IMG/VR virus record: IMGVR_UViG_3300046170_000524
DNA from: a virus
Length of the DNA stretch: 64,000 nt
Direction: 5' to 3' (one strand)
Shown: one piece after another, positions 37,636 through 48,248 of the stretch
How the letters are laid out: each line of letters starts with the position of its first letter
Position numbering within the stretch: the stretch's first letter is position 1
The notes under the pieces: model-generated
The model's input: only the letters and a program-made list of their open reading frames with translations
What the model was told of the DNA's origin: nothing
Database searches by the model: none
Translations under genes and position numbers: made by a program

Positions 37636-37803
37636 ATGAACGAAATAATAATGCAAACTTTGGAGTCTTTTCAAGACTCTCAGATTAATTTACAAAGCGA
37701 ATCTGCTCGCAAAATATTAGCAAATAAGTTAGAAGAAAATTTATTTAAACATATAAATGAACTTGTTGAAGAAGCGGTAAGCGTTATAACTAATTTAGAT
37801 TAA
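37636..37803 (+). CDS. hypothetical protein (not in ORF track)
   Basis: TTGACA(37600)-17-TATACT, ATG 7 nt later; 55 aa. Confidence 0.6.
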   Translation: MNEIIMQTLESFQDSQINLQSESARKILANKLEENLFKHINELVEEAVSVITNLD

Positions 37804-38066
37804 TGAATAAATATAATGTCAATGATAAAATCAGTGTGACGATGCAAGCAATTAATTTAATTTACTCTCAAATAGAAAAATTAGACCCTTCCATCGAACA
37901 ATTAGACGAAATAAATAAACGACATGAATTATTAATTGACCAAGAATTATTTTGGAGCAAACAAGATAATCCGAAAAGATTTTTATATGACTTACAAGAA
38001 TTCGGTCATTGGTTATATGAATATTTAGACCTTAAAAAATACGAAAACCTAGATATAGATTTATGA
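37803..38066 (+). CDS. hypothetical protein
   Basis: TAATG coupling. Confidence 0.55.
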   Translation: MNKYNVNDKISVTMQAINLIYSQIEKLDPSIEQLDEINKRHELLIDQELFWSKQDNPKRFLYDLQEFGHWLYEYLDLKKYENLDIDL

Positions 38067-38248
38067 ATATGAAAGATACAAATAATTGGCAAATAGTTTC
38101 CGCAAGCGAAGTAGAAGAATTTTTTTACCAAGATACGGACGAAGTAGTAAATGAAGGAGATGCGGTTGGAATCGAAATAGACAACGGAGATTCAGTAGAT
38201 TTAGTTTTATTTGGGAATCTTTATTGGAGCGATCAGAATTTATACTAA
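38063..38248 (+). CDS. acidic hypothetical protein
   Basis: ATGA overlap. Confidence 0.5.
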   Translation: MNMKDTNNWQIVSASEVEEFFYQDTDEVVNEGDAVGIEIDNGDSVDLVLFGNLYWSDQNLY

Positions 38249-38266
38249 TTATGTGTAAATATTTAT

Positions 38267-38653
38267 ATGGTTATACCTACATTCAGAGATTTATTAAAAG
38301 GAAAATCATATAAAACTATCTTTAATCAGATATATAAAACTTATCTTAAAAAAGAAAAAGATCACAAGGTAATAGAACTTTCCCTTGATATACATAATTT
38401 AATAAAAAAAATAAGACAATCTCAAGAAAAAAATAGTATAACTAAATCATTCATCCTTACTGAACTAGAAGATGGCGAATATGATGCAAATTTTATTGAA
38501 GAAAAAAGCGATGAGATATTGCCATTAGAAAATCTAAAAGTGGAAGATATAATAAATTTAGAAGTATTAGCTCCACCAAAGTTAAATGAAATAGAAATAC
38601 TAGGGCATATTATTTGGCATTATTATGGCAGAACAAAAGGAAAGATTATATGA
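38267..38653 (+). CDS. hypothetical protein
   Basis: GTGTAAATA 14 nt upstream (38253). Confidence 0.55.
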   Translation: MVIPTFRDLLKGKSYKTIFNQIYKTYLKKEKDHKVIELSLDIHNLIKKIRQSQEKNSITKSFILTELEDGEYDANFIEEKSDEILPLENLKVEDIINLEVLAPPKLNEIEILGHIIWHYYGRTKGKII

Positions 38654-38861
38654 GTTTCGCATAGAATATATTAGCGGAAATTCAGTAGGACACAATTACC
38701 ATTATTATATGGCTCATAATGCAGAAGAAGCATTAGAATATCAACACGAAATGATGGATGCCAAACATTGGAATATTAAATTAGTAAAACTAGAAAGAAA
38801 ATGTCCATTCTCAAATAAATGGATTGACGAAAGTGATATACTAAATAATGAACATGGATGA
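38625..38861 (+). CDS. hypothetical protein
   Basis: ORF in operon. Confidence 0.5.
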   Translation: MAEQKERLYEFRIEYISGNSVGHNYHYYMAHNAEEALEYQHEMMDAKHWNIKLVKLERKCPFSNKWIDESDILNNEHG

Positions 38862-39087
38862 ATCAATAGTTGAACACATTTATTATGAGCGAGGCAAAAA
38901 CGACTCAAAAAATAATTGCTACAAAAAAAGATTTGCAGCTATGGCAAGATGGGTACGACAAAGGATTTGCTGATGCTCACGAAAAATTTGCAAAACTATT
39001 CGATAAAAAACTTTCGGAAATCCTTGAAGATAAAGACTTTACATAAAAAGCTTGACAAGTAGTTTTCGATTCTGCAATACTTTAAGA

Positions 39088-39501
39088 ATGAGCGGAGAAG
39101 CACATTCAGTATTTTTTAGAAGAACAAATAAAACACAAGAGGATAATTGGGAACTTTGTGAAATTTTTGAGAGGTGGATAATGAATTCACCTGTTAAGAA
39201 GCACATGAAGTTTTATCCCGACCATCTAGGTCAAGTTGAGCTTTACGAAAAAGGTGGAGAAAATGTACCTAAATGGATGGAAAAAAAATTGCGATTCGAT
39301 GGAACTTTCGAGTTGATGATTTCAGCCTACGAATCTTGGTATGAAGATGCAGACATATACGAATCTTTTGATCGAGCAGATAGTTTTGTTTCTTTAGCTA
39401 AAAAATTCGCAGAGCAATACAACCTAGAGTATTATTATGGGGGAATTTACGAATTGGTAGATGAACTTCAAAAAAAAGGCTTGACAACATCCGAAAATTA
39501 A
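39088..39501 (+). CDS. hypothetical protein
   Basis: Start moved to the ATG 6 nt after TTGACA(39052)-18-AATACT. Confidence 0.6.
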   Translation: MSGEAHSVFFRRTNKTQEDNWELCEIFERWIMNSPVKKHMKFYPDHLGQVELYEKGGENVPKWMEKKLRFDGTFELMISAYESWYEDADIYESFDRADSFVSLAKKFAEQYNLEYYYGGIYELVDELQKKGLTTSEN

Positions 39502-39515
39502 TTTAGTTTAATAGC

Positions 39516-39740
39516 ATGACAGATTTTATTGCAGACATGAACGCTTCGATTGCGAAGCATGAAAAAGAGTTAGCATCACAACCTCGCAAGGGTATGATGG
39601 TTTATTTAGATAAAAGCACTCCAATTTTAGTTCAATACGCTAGTGCGGAGAGTTTTAATCAAGCAAAATCAATGACCTCAAGGAAGGGTCAATCAAGTTG
39701 CTTGCGGAATGTTTTAGATGGCAACGGAAGATTGCAGTAA
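39516..39740 (+). CDS. hypothetical protein
   Basis: TTGACA(39481)-17-TAGTTT, ATG 6 nt later. Confidence 0.6.
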   Translation: MTDFIADMNASIAKHEKELASQPRKGMMVYLDKSTPILVQYASAESFNQAKSMTSRKGQSSCLRNVLDGNGRLQ

Positions 39741-39810
39741 CTTTTTTCTTGACAACCTTTTTAACCTATATTATAATAGAGTCTTGTTTAACAGAAAACC
39801 TAATTGAAAA

Positions 39811-42103
39811 ATGATAATTGAAAAAACACAAAAAACTATTGTTCAGTCACACGATTTTGATTCAGTAAATTGTACGATTGATGCAGAAGATATGCGTTAT
39901 GTTGCCTCGCTCTTGCGAAACAACTACTCTAACACTCGCCTTGCGGTTATTCGTGAGATTAGTGCTAACGCACTAGATGCGAATACAGAAGCAAATTCTA
40001 AGCGTAAGATTGAAATTGTATTGCCAAGCAACATGAATCCAACTTTTTCGGTTCGTGATTTTGGCGGTGGATTAAGCCAAGAAGATGTTTTTGGTTTGTA
40101 TTCTAAGTATGGCAAATCAACCAAAAGAGAATCGAACAATTATATTGGTGCATTTGGTATCGGTAAAGTTCGCTCCTCTTTCTTATGGAGATAACTTCAC
40201 TTGCGTATCCTATCATGGTGGAAAGAAAACATCATACAATATTTTTGTAGATGAACATGATGATACCAAGATTGTAAAATTACATGAAGAGAAATCTTCT
40301 GAACCAACAGGACTATCTATCGAAGTTGCAGTTGCAGAGTCAGATATTTCTGCTTTCAGAGAAGATACTGCAAAGTTCTTCAGATTCTTTTCGGATGAAG
40401 AGATGCCAAAGTTTCTTGGTGTTGAAGATAATTTTATCAATAAGAAAGAATTCGCATTGTCAAGCAAAAACAATGAATGGTTTTTTCCTTCAAGATGATC
40501 GCTACGATTACATTATGGTTATGGTTCTTCTCATATCATAATGGGTAGAGTTGCGTATCCTCTTGATCCGCAATCTATTCTAGTTGAGAATTTTCATCAA
40601 AGACGATTCAGAGAAAGTTAGATATTATTCGCAACTTACTTAAACAAAGTAATTTTTATCTGCGATTACCTTTAGGTGCAGTAAAATTGCATCATAGTCG
40701 TGAAGCATTAGAATACAATAAGTCAACGCAAAAAACTCTTGTGGAAGCATTAGTTAAAACTTGCGAAGAAGTACAAGCAATCGCAAAAGAAAAATTAGCT
40801 AATTCCGAAGACTTATGGGAAGCAATGAGAAACTATGCTAGAATTGTAAATTCAATGCCTCATCAAATGCGTTCTATTTTCGAGAATTCTTTCACATGGA
40901 ATGGGTTGCAAATTAATTCATCTTCTTTTTACAGAGGTCATCAAGACCATGAGGATTGCATTATTACGCAAACAGATCGAGAATCAGACAAAGATGCGAG
41001 AGATGGATTTAGGGTTCGTTCGCAGAAAACAAGTCGTGTTCATTGTCAAGATAATTCTTTATTTCTCATTCAAGATATTGAGTCTTCTCATGGCAACAAC
41101 TTGACGAGCAAGAACTCTATTCGCAGAAGATTCTGAACTAGAAACTATATTCTTTATCTATCCAAAAACTAATGCAATTAAACAAAGAATTTTGTATGAT
41201 GATTGGTGTTTTGACATGATAGACGAAAAGCATATTAGATATACTTCTCAAGTAGAAAAGCAAAAGCCATTGCGTAGTGGAGTACGCAAAAGTAATGGTA
41301 GTCGTGCAGACATTCAGCTATTTGAAATGAGAGATAAGGATTACATATATCGTAATGCAGACTATTGGAAAAGTGTTGATGAAGATATTTCTAAACTACA
41401 AGGCAAGAAAAAATCTGATGGATTAGTTGATGGAAAATTTATTTATGTTCCTATCAAAAATTACAAGATTGACATTGAAGGAGATGCTATTGATCTTGAT
41501 ATAATGCAGAAAAGAATGTTGTTCATTAGACAACACGCAGAAGAGAATTCGCAAGAAAAATCTTTTCGATTATTCGGTGTTCGCAGTGGAGATGTATCTA
41601 AATTAGATTCTGATTCTTGGGTTAGTATCACAGATTTTTATGTGCAATTCGCAAAGAATTACCTCAAGCAAAACCTCAAGCAAGCGAAGAAAGCGTACAA
41701 AGTAAGACTTGTAAATGATGATGGAAAGAAGCATGAGATAGCGAACCTTCAATATGATATTGGCAAGATTTTTAATAGTGCGTCTCTTCGCTTAACAGAG
41801 CATTTTGACAACAACCATATACTATGTCATGTACATGATGATATAAAGTCAATCGTGCATAATAACGCTAGTAGCGTGTGCGTGAAGTTGGTTAATTATC
41901 TATCAAGCAATCACAAAGATTGGCTACAATTCAATCTTGATAGTGGCTTTACTGCAAAGCAATTCTATAAAGATATTAATTCAATTAAAACAAAATATCC
42001 AATGCTAAAGTATGCTTGCAAAAGTGTAAATACCTATGGATCAAACGACAAGGAGACAAATGAAGATATTATCAACTATATTAAAGATTGTGACAGAATT
42101 TAA
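39811..42103 (+). pseudogene. rIIA: rIIA-like protein (GHKL ATPase N-domain) broken by six apparent 1-nt indels; pseudogene or assembly error
   Basis: AVIREISANALDA, VRDFGGGL, YGKSTK, GAFGIGK..F.PLSY; reading continues through shifts near 40166, 40484, 40510, 40593, 40637, 41104; repaired length about 762 aa; adjacent to rIIB. Confidence 0.8.
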
Positions 42104-42141
42104 CTTGACAACTATTCAATTATAAACTATAATTATTTACT

Positions 42142-43227
42142 ATGAAGAAAGTACCATATACATTAAGCGAAAATTCACTAACGATCTTTTGGGATGGCAA
42201 GCCATATACGCTTCGCAAAGATCATCCTAATTTCACTCTTGCTCGTAAAGCAATTTATGATGCTAGATACGAAGACCTTGGAGATTTAATTGACATTAAG
42301 AAGTCGGTAGAGAATTTTGTCGAAGGAGACATTGAAGTGCGTGACGAAGTAGTTTACTACAAAGGTCATAGACTACATGGTGTTGTTGTCGATAAACTTA
42401 TCGAAATGCTTCGTAACGGCATGAAGGATTCTGCTCCGCTTGTAAATTTCATTAAGCGATTGCAAGCTAATCCAAGTGCTAATTCTGTTAATGAACTCTA
42501 TACATTCTTGAGCTACAAATCATTGCCAAGTGATGAAGATGGTATGGTTTTAGGTTACAAGGGTGTTCAAGGTGACTATTGGTCACAAACAGGTAATGCG
42601 GATACTCTTGTATTACAAGGCAAGACTAATGGTAATCATCAAATCTTCAACGGAGTCGGAGAGACTATCGAAGTCGCTCGTAGATGTGTTGACGATAACA
42701 AGGACAATCATTGTTCTTTTGGTCTTCATGTTGGTTCATACGATTATGCTAATAATTGGGCAGGGCAAGATGGTAAATTACTTGTCGTTAAATTTGATCC
42801 ATGTGATGCGGTATCAGTTCCAACTGATTGTGACTTTCAGAAGTTGCGTGTTTCAAAGTACGAGGTAGTGGCAGACATTACCGATACTAGAGTAGAGCTA
42901 AATAGACCTGTCTACGAGGCTAATAAGCCTATCTATGGAAGCGTAGAAGATTCTGATTCAGATGAAGATGAGGGTTGTAGTGGAGATTGTGGTAGTTGCG
43001 ATTGTTATGATGAAGATGAAATGTCTTCAGATGCTTTAGCTATAAGAAATTATATAGAGAATAAACATGAGGATGGTGATTATCCAAGTCTAAAACAGAT
43101 TCAAAGCAGAATGAAAGGTTCTGAATTAACTTGTGGGGAAATACTTGACATTGTTACTGATCTAGGGTACTATGTTTGTGAAGAATTTGGTAGACCAAGA
43201 TCAATGTGGAGAGTAGAACCAATTTAA
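42142..43227 (+). CDS. rIIB: rIIB-like protein
   Basis: NPSANSVNELYTFL, GYKGV, VDDNKDNHCSFGLHVGS, KLRVSKYEV; own promoter TTGACA(42105)-17-TATAAT. Confidence 0.85.
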   Translation: MKKVPYTLSENSLTIFWDGKPYTLRKDHPNFTLARKAIYDARYEDLGDLIDIKKSVENFVEGDIEVRDEVVYYKGHRLHGVVVDKLIEMLRNGMKDSAPLVNFIKRLQANPSANSVNELYTFLSYKSLPSDEDGMVLGYKGVQGDYWSQTGNADTLVLQGKTNGNHQIFNGVGETIEVARRCVDDNKDNHCSFGLHVGSYDYANNWAGQDGKLLVVKFDPCDAVSVPTDCDFQKLRVSKYEVVADITDTRVELNRPVYEANKPIYGSVEDSDSDEDEGCSGDCGSCDCYDEDEMSSDALAIRNYIENKHEDGDYPSLKQIQSRMKGSELTCGEILDIVTDLGYYVCEEFGRPRSMWRVEPI

Positions 43228-43244
43228 TTAAAAGAAAAATTATT

Positions 43245-43496
43245 ATGAATAACACTACAACAAATACAAAGTTGCTTGATGTAATATCTCAAGCGAATGA
43301 AGCTCAAGTCGATTCAGTATGGGCAATCTTGAAATACAAAGAGATTGGTATTTACCGCAAGATTGCTTGTATGTGCGAAGTTCTCGGACTTGATCTTCAA
43401 GAAATTCTGAATGATTTACCACAAGATGAAGAAGGCAGAATCTTGGATTATAAGACTCGTCACATGATCCATGATACTCTTATTGGAGTCTCGTAA
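43245..43496 (+). CDS. hypothetical protein
   Basis: ORF in operon. Confidence 0.55.
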   Translation: MNNTTTNTKLLDVISQANEAQVDSVWAILKYKEIGIYRKIACMCEVLGLDLQEILNDLPQDEEGRILDYKTRHMIHDTLIGVS

Positions 43497-43903
43497 TGAG
43501 TTTCACCAAGGCAAAGGCATTAAGCCTTTACTTGGGACTTAATAGAAATACTGAAGAATTCAGAAAGCAAATAATCGTTCAAGGGTTCAACGAGATAGAT
43601 CAAGGTAGTTATAAGTCAATTTACTCAAAAAATAAGTTGGGTTATGTTATCAAGATCGCTCGTTCCCTTAACGATGAATTTGCAAAGTTGCCAAGTAAAC
43701 TAAAAAATTTTTACATTAAACCATATTATATTGACGAAAGAATTGTGATACAACAAAGAGCAGATACAGAAAATTCAGAAGAAGCAAGAAACGATATAGC
43801 TGACTTAATTGGACAAGATTCTTGTTGCGATTACGATATTTGGGAAGGAAATTGTGGGTATCTAAATGGAGAACCTGTTATTTTCGATTTTGCCGAGATA
43901 TAA
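43496..43903 (+). CDS. minimal protein-kinase-like fold protein
   Basis: IDQGSYKSIY (Gly loop), YVIKIA, DIWEGNCG (catalytic loop-like), VIFDF. Confidence 0.5.
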   Translation: MSFTKAKALSLYLGLNRNTEEFRKQIIVQGFNEIDQGSYKSIYSKNKLGYVIKIARSLNDEFAKLPSKLKNFYIKPYYIDERIVIQQRADTENSEEARNDIADLIGQDSCCDYDIWEGNCGYLNGEPVIFDFAEI

Positions 43904-43979
43904 AACATTGATAAACAAAGACTTAAATTAAAAGAAAAAAACTCTTGACATTCCTTGCGAATCTGTCATACTTATAATC

Positions 43980-44741
43980 ATGAATATTGCACAAGATACA
44001 TTGAAAGATAAAGCTCTCGATTTAGTCGAGTCCATCACTCCTGTTAAAAACCTTCTTGAAACCGCTAAAGCAGAACGAGAAGAGAATCCCCACAAAGATG
44101 TAGATCAATTCTTTGCCAATCTTAGATTTGGTTCAGTCAAAAGTGAGACTGATTATTGGACTAACCTTATTCCTCAAGACGATTCAGAAATGTTTGCTCG
44201 TTGGGTATTTGCAATTATGAGCGTTCATACTACTTGGGAGAGCAATGTGCGAGGTTACGAAGTTGCCATGAGTGATCTTTCTTGGACTATATCCAAAGAC
44301 AAGCTCAAGCAAATGATTGTTAAAGCTAAAGTAGGTTTGTATGAGCGTAGAGAGCGTGGATTATGGGAGTTAGCAACCAAGTTTCGTGAAGACCCAAACC
44401 AATTCAAGAAACAAGACGATGAGACTTGGCAAGAATGTCGCAATCGTTTAATCGGAAAAATTTATGGGTTAGGTAACGCAAAGACAACTTATGCTCTTGC
44501 ACTTAGCTACCCAACTGAATCACAACTTTGTTGCTTAGATGTTCATTTGTTGCGTTTCATGGGGCATGATCTATCTAATGGTCATGCAAGTAGCCTCAAG
44601 GTCTACGAGAAGATGGAGAACGAGTGGCTTGCTCGTTGCAACAAGTATGGCATTTCACCTAATGTCGCAAGAGAGATGTATTGGAACAAGGTTCAAGGCA
44701 GAAGAAATTCTCGCTATTGGAGTTACTGCTTAGAAAGATAA
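43980..44741 (+). CDS. HhH-superfamily DNA glycosylase-like protein
   Basis: KIYGLGNAKTTYAL...CCLDVHLLR (HhH plus catalytic Asp). Confidence 0.7.
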   Translation: MNIAQDTLKDKALDLVESITPVKNLLETAKAEREENPHKDVDQFFANLRFGSVKSETDYWTNLIPQDDSEMFARWVFAIMSVHTTWESNVRGYEVAMSDLSWTISKDKLKQMIVKAKVGLYERRERGLWELATKFREDPNQFKKQDDETWQECRNRLIGKIYGLGNAKTTYALALSYPTESQLCCLDVHLLRFMGHDLSNGHASSLKVYEKMENEWLARCNKYGISPNVAREMYWNKVQGRRNSRYWSYCLER

Positions 44742-44744
44742 TTT

Positions 44745-44927
44745 ATGAAAGTTACAAAGTACGAAGTAAACGCATTACAAAAAGTTTTAGATTGTATGCA
44801 CCACTATATGCTTATTGGTCACATAGAAGATGAACATTCAAAAGCGGAATGGAATTCAATTAGGCGAGCGGTTCGCAGAATGGAAGTTTTACATGAAAAA
44901 ATGAAGGATAGTTTTTTAAATGAATAA
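44745..44927 (+). CDS. hypothetical protein
   Basis: ORF in operon. Confidence 0.5.
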   Translation: MKVTKYEVNALQKVLDCMHHYMLIGHIEDEHSKAEWNSIRRAVRRMEVLHEKMKDSFLNE

Positions 44928-45126
44928 GTCATACGAAATCGAAATAGGATTAACATCCGAAGATATTGAAAACATTTTAAAGGATGAAATGTCAACGCTA
45001 CATTTTTTACCAACAGAAGAAACTGAATATGATGAAAGAATTAGTGTTCACATCAGAAAAGTAGATGACGATGCAACATTATCAGAGTGCATGAATTTGG
45101 TTGTTGACAAGCTCAAACAAGTTTAG
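44920..45126 (+). CDS. acidic hypothetical protein
   Basis: ORF in operon. Confidence 0.5.
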   Translation: MNKSYEIEIGLTSEDIENILKDEMSTLHFLPTEETEYDERISVHIRKVDDDATLSECMNLVVDKLKQV

Positions 45127-45138
45127 TAAGATATTAGA

Positions 45139-45429
45139 ATGACAAAAGAATTGACAGAACAAGATTATTTTTTAGATCAAGTTGCAGAACTTAATGAAGA
45201 TGCGATTGTGTTAGAACCTCAATCGACTTTCAATCGAGCAATCATTGGGTTTGATACAAACGGAGTGCTTATTTATTCGGCAAACAAGATCATTGATGCT
45301 CTTAGCAAAGTCGATGGAATGACTACTGAAGAAGCAATAGAGTTTTTCGAGTATAACACACTTGGAACATTTAGTGGAATGGATAACCCAAACAAACCTA
45401 TATTCGCATACGATGAGTTTATTTTCTAA
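45139..45429 (+). CDS. conserved phage hypothetical protein
   Basis: F..AIIG...VLIYS..KII..L...GMT.EEAIEFFEYN..G; promoter TTGACA(45104)-17-TAAGAT. Confidence 0.65.
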   Translation: MTKELTEQDYFLDQVAELNEDAIVLEPQSTFNRAIIGFDTNGVLIYSANKIIDALSKVDGMTTEEAIEFFEYNTLGTFSGMDNPNKPIFAYDEFIF

Positions 45430-45629
45430 AATTTTTAATATTTTTAAACCAAAGCCAAAGTTGAGCAAAACTCAATTAAATAAAATTATTGATCAATCTA
45501 TTTCGAAAAACGAAAGGTTGTTTGAAAATCTTGGCGATGATATGGATTACGATGGTATGGGTAACTATGGTAGATTTCCACCAATAGAAAGTGACGATCA
45601 CCCAACATACGAAGAGGTTATAAAAGAAT

Positions 45630-45827
45630 ATGAATCACAAAATTCTAAGTAAAGTGCAAGAAGAAAAAGATAAAATTAACGACTTCAAGAAACAGATTAA
45701 AGACTTAGAAATGGAATTGGAATTTCTTTATGTGAGAGAGCCAAATGAGGTAAGATATATTTCTGATCTTGAAAAGAAAGTAGATCAATTATACGAACAA
45801 TTAGATGCAATTATAGATAATGAGTAA
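45630..45827 (+). CDS. coiled-coil hypothetical protein
   Basis: ORF in operon. Confidence 0.5.
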   Translation: MNHKILSKVQEEKDKINDFKKQIKDLEMELEFLYVREPNEVRYISDLEKKVDQLYEQLDAIIDNE

Positions 45828-46030
45828 AGAAGAAATAGATGTAGATGATATGCGGTATGAACTTGCAGAACAAGAAGCAATGAATATGAATGTTGCTGAT
45901 ATAGTTAATTTACTTATCGAAGGATACGAAGGATTAGACAACATAGCAGATATAGACATAATCGAAGAATATAATAAAGTATTTAAAGATAAGTCTTGAC
46001 AAGATAATCAATCTAGTTCATGCTTAATTT

Positions 46031-46228
46031 ATGGAGAAAACATACAGAAAGATGCTATACGAAGAGTTGCAAGAATTAGTATACAACGAAAATTTTAAAC
46101 TAGATTATGCAAATGATATTCTTATATTGTTTGATGATGAAATCGAAGATGGTGATAGCGAAGCAACTGCATACAACAAAGCAATGCAAGATATAGACAA
46201 TATAAAAAACGGATGTTGGAATTTATGA
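46031..46228 (+). CDS. acidic hypothetical protein
   Basis: TTGACA(45996)-17-CATGCT, ATG 6 nt later. Confidence 0.6.
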   Translation: MEKTYRKMLYEELQELVYNENFKLDYANDILILFDDEIEDGDSEATAYNKAMQDIDNIKNGCWNL

Positions 46229-46440
46229 AAATTACGAATAAATGGGAAGAAACTTTTGAAGTAAATGTTGGTGATTGGGTAGGATTCAAATGCGACATTG
46301 AACAATGCGGAAGAGTAAAAGAGATTCAAAGAAGAGGAGCATTGATAGTTGAAAACAAAAATGGATTCGATGGAGACTATATTGGTGGAGATACCGAAGC
46401 ATTGATTGGATTCGATGAAGTATGGAAAGAAAATTATTAA
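46225..46440 (+). CDS. small SH3-like beta protein
   Basis: VNVGDWVGFK...GRVKEI. Confidence 0.5.
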   Translation: MKITNKWEETFEVNVGDWVGFKCDIEQCGRVKEIQRRGALIVENKNGFDGDYIGGDTEALIGFDEVWKENY

Positions 46441-46452
46441 ACAAAATTAATT

Positions 46453-46662
46453 ATGAAGTTAACAAAATATCAAAAAGCTAGAATGTTGGAATATGGTTGG
46501 GATGTTGTCGAAAACGAAGTTGATGGCGAGATTCAGAATTGTTCTTGGATCAGTCTTGATGCAGAGGATGGAATCATCTATAATGATGCGATCAAACTTT
46601 TTGGCTTGACAGGAGACAAAGAAGAGATTAAGCTATTGGTTGTAGGCACAATAGAAGAATGA
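46453..46662 (+). CDS. hypothetical protein
   Basis: ORF in operon. Confidence 0.5.
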   Translation: MKLTKYQKARMLEYGWDVVENEVDGEIQNCSWISLDAEDGIIYNDAIKLFGLTGDKEEIKLLVVGTIEE

Positions 46663-46791
46663 ACTTAGAAGACAACATAGATATTATTTTTAACGAAGCA
46701 GAAAGTAATGCGTTGGGAGAAAACAATTACGATTTGCTTGAAATTATTGAATCAACAAAAGTAGAACTATTAAACTTAATTGCACAAAAAA

Positions 46792-47400
46792 ATGAATTAT
46801 TTTAATCACAAAAGAGTAAATTGGAAAACATGGAGTCCACAAGACATTGTATTTAAAAGCAATCAACTGATGAAAAAAGTTGCACCAAGCGAAAATGTTT
46901 TATCTTGGAGTAGCAAAGCAGATCGTGACAGAAAGATGTGCGAACGAACCAATGGCAAGTCAATTACATCAAAAAATTGGCAAGGTCAAAGCATAACTTA
47001 TCATGGTGGAGAGAACTACAAAGGTGTTATGGTTCAAATGAAAGATGCCAAGAGTGATTTTCCATCATTCAATATTGACTTTATTGACCAAACAGAAAGA
47101 TTAGATAGTGTAGGTAATCGCAAAAGTGGACTTGATGTTCATGTTTACCTTAATTCATTTCATAACCCTTGGCAATGGGATAAATGTCCTACAACAGGTA
47201 ATTGGGTCAAAACAAACACAGGTCATACCTCTCCATTACGAGAAGGTTATCGTATGTGCTATGGTGGACAAGGAGACGCAAATGCTATGGACTTTGATGA
47301 ATTTCACGAAATGATTTGTATTACAGAAGCATTGCGAGATTTTCTTATTGAAGTTATAATTCCAACTAAAAATGGAGAAGTCCTAGACCTAGTTGCATGA
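46792..47400 (+). CDS. hypothetical protein
   Basis: 202 aa, no motif recognised. Confidence 0.6.
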   Translation: MNYFNHKRVNWKTWSPQDIVFKSNQLMKKVAPSENVLSWSSKADRDRKMCERTNGKSITSKNWQGQSITYHGGENYKGVMVQMKDAKSDFPSFNIDFIDQTERLDSVGNRKSGLDVHVYLNSFHNPWQWDKCPTTGNWVKTNTGHTSPLREGYRMCYGGQGDANAMDFDEFHEMICITEALRDFLIEVIIPTKNGEVLDLVA

Positions 47401-47586
47401 GAATTTTCGTTAGTTCAACTATTCTTGTTGCATCAAGTAGTCAAACAGATATTGAATTTGCGAAACGCAATAATTTAAAAGAAGTAAAAAAATGATAGAA
47501 TTACCTGATATATTTTATGTAATCAATATATTCACAGGGTGCATTTTAGTCTTGCTATTTCTTTTGATTATGACTAACATAGACTA

Positions 47587-47910
47587 ATGAGTTACTCAAT
47601 TATAGAAGGTTGCATAAGGCAAAGTTTAGATTTACCAATAGAAGAAGACATGAGAGACGAGATTTTAGTTGAAGAAAAAATTTTAAAGAATAGAAAGAAC
47701 CCATTGTTTGTAGTAACATCTATTCATGCGGAAGCAATCAATAACATGACTCGCAAGAAGAGTCTTGACGAAGTTGATCTTCAATGCCTTAAAGACTTAG
47801 GTTTTGCGGTTGCTTATAATAAGCTTGACGAGAATGGAGATAAATGCTATATTAAACATAACGCAAGAACATTTAAAGAATACATGGACAAAAAGAAAGT
47901 TGAAGTTTAA
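47587..47910 (+). CDS. hypothetical protein
   Basis: ORF in operon. Confidence 0.55.
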   Translation: MSYSIIEGCIRQSLDLPIEEDMRDEILVEEKILKNRKNPLFVVTSIHAEAINNMTRKKSLDEVDLQCLKDLGFAVAYNKLDENGDKCYIKHNARTFKEYMDKKKVEV

Positions 47911-48248
47911 GTATCACATCACACATACAATACAAGACAAAGAAGAAATCATAGGATTCCATTCAAAGAGGAACATGATTGACTACTTAAATAAAAACAA
48001 AAATTATTTAAATACATTAAATCATGTTTATTTGAATTTCAAAACTATCAAACTACCATTAACACAATCAAGTTGGAGAATATCAAAATGCAAGAAATAA
48101 TAAAAAAAATCTACGAGCGTATGGAATTTTGTGCAAACGCACACACAAATTGCCAAGCTACTGAACATCAATACATATTAGAAATTAGTTTATTGAATGA
48201 AGTTTTAGATCAAATTGAAACTTTCGATTGGGATTATTATAATCAAGA

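Noticed and set aside
35175-39046. GYDKG-motif proteins as a distinct system
   Set aside because: Short low-information motif, common in small phage proteins; no further linkage seen.
39811-42103. Programmed ribosomal frameshifting in rIIA
   Set aside because: Six successive shifts would be needed, with no consistent slippery heptamer or stimulatory structure.
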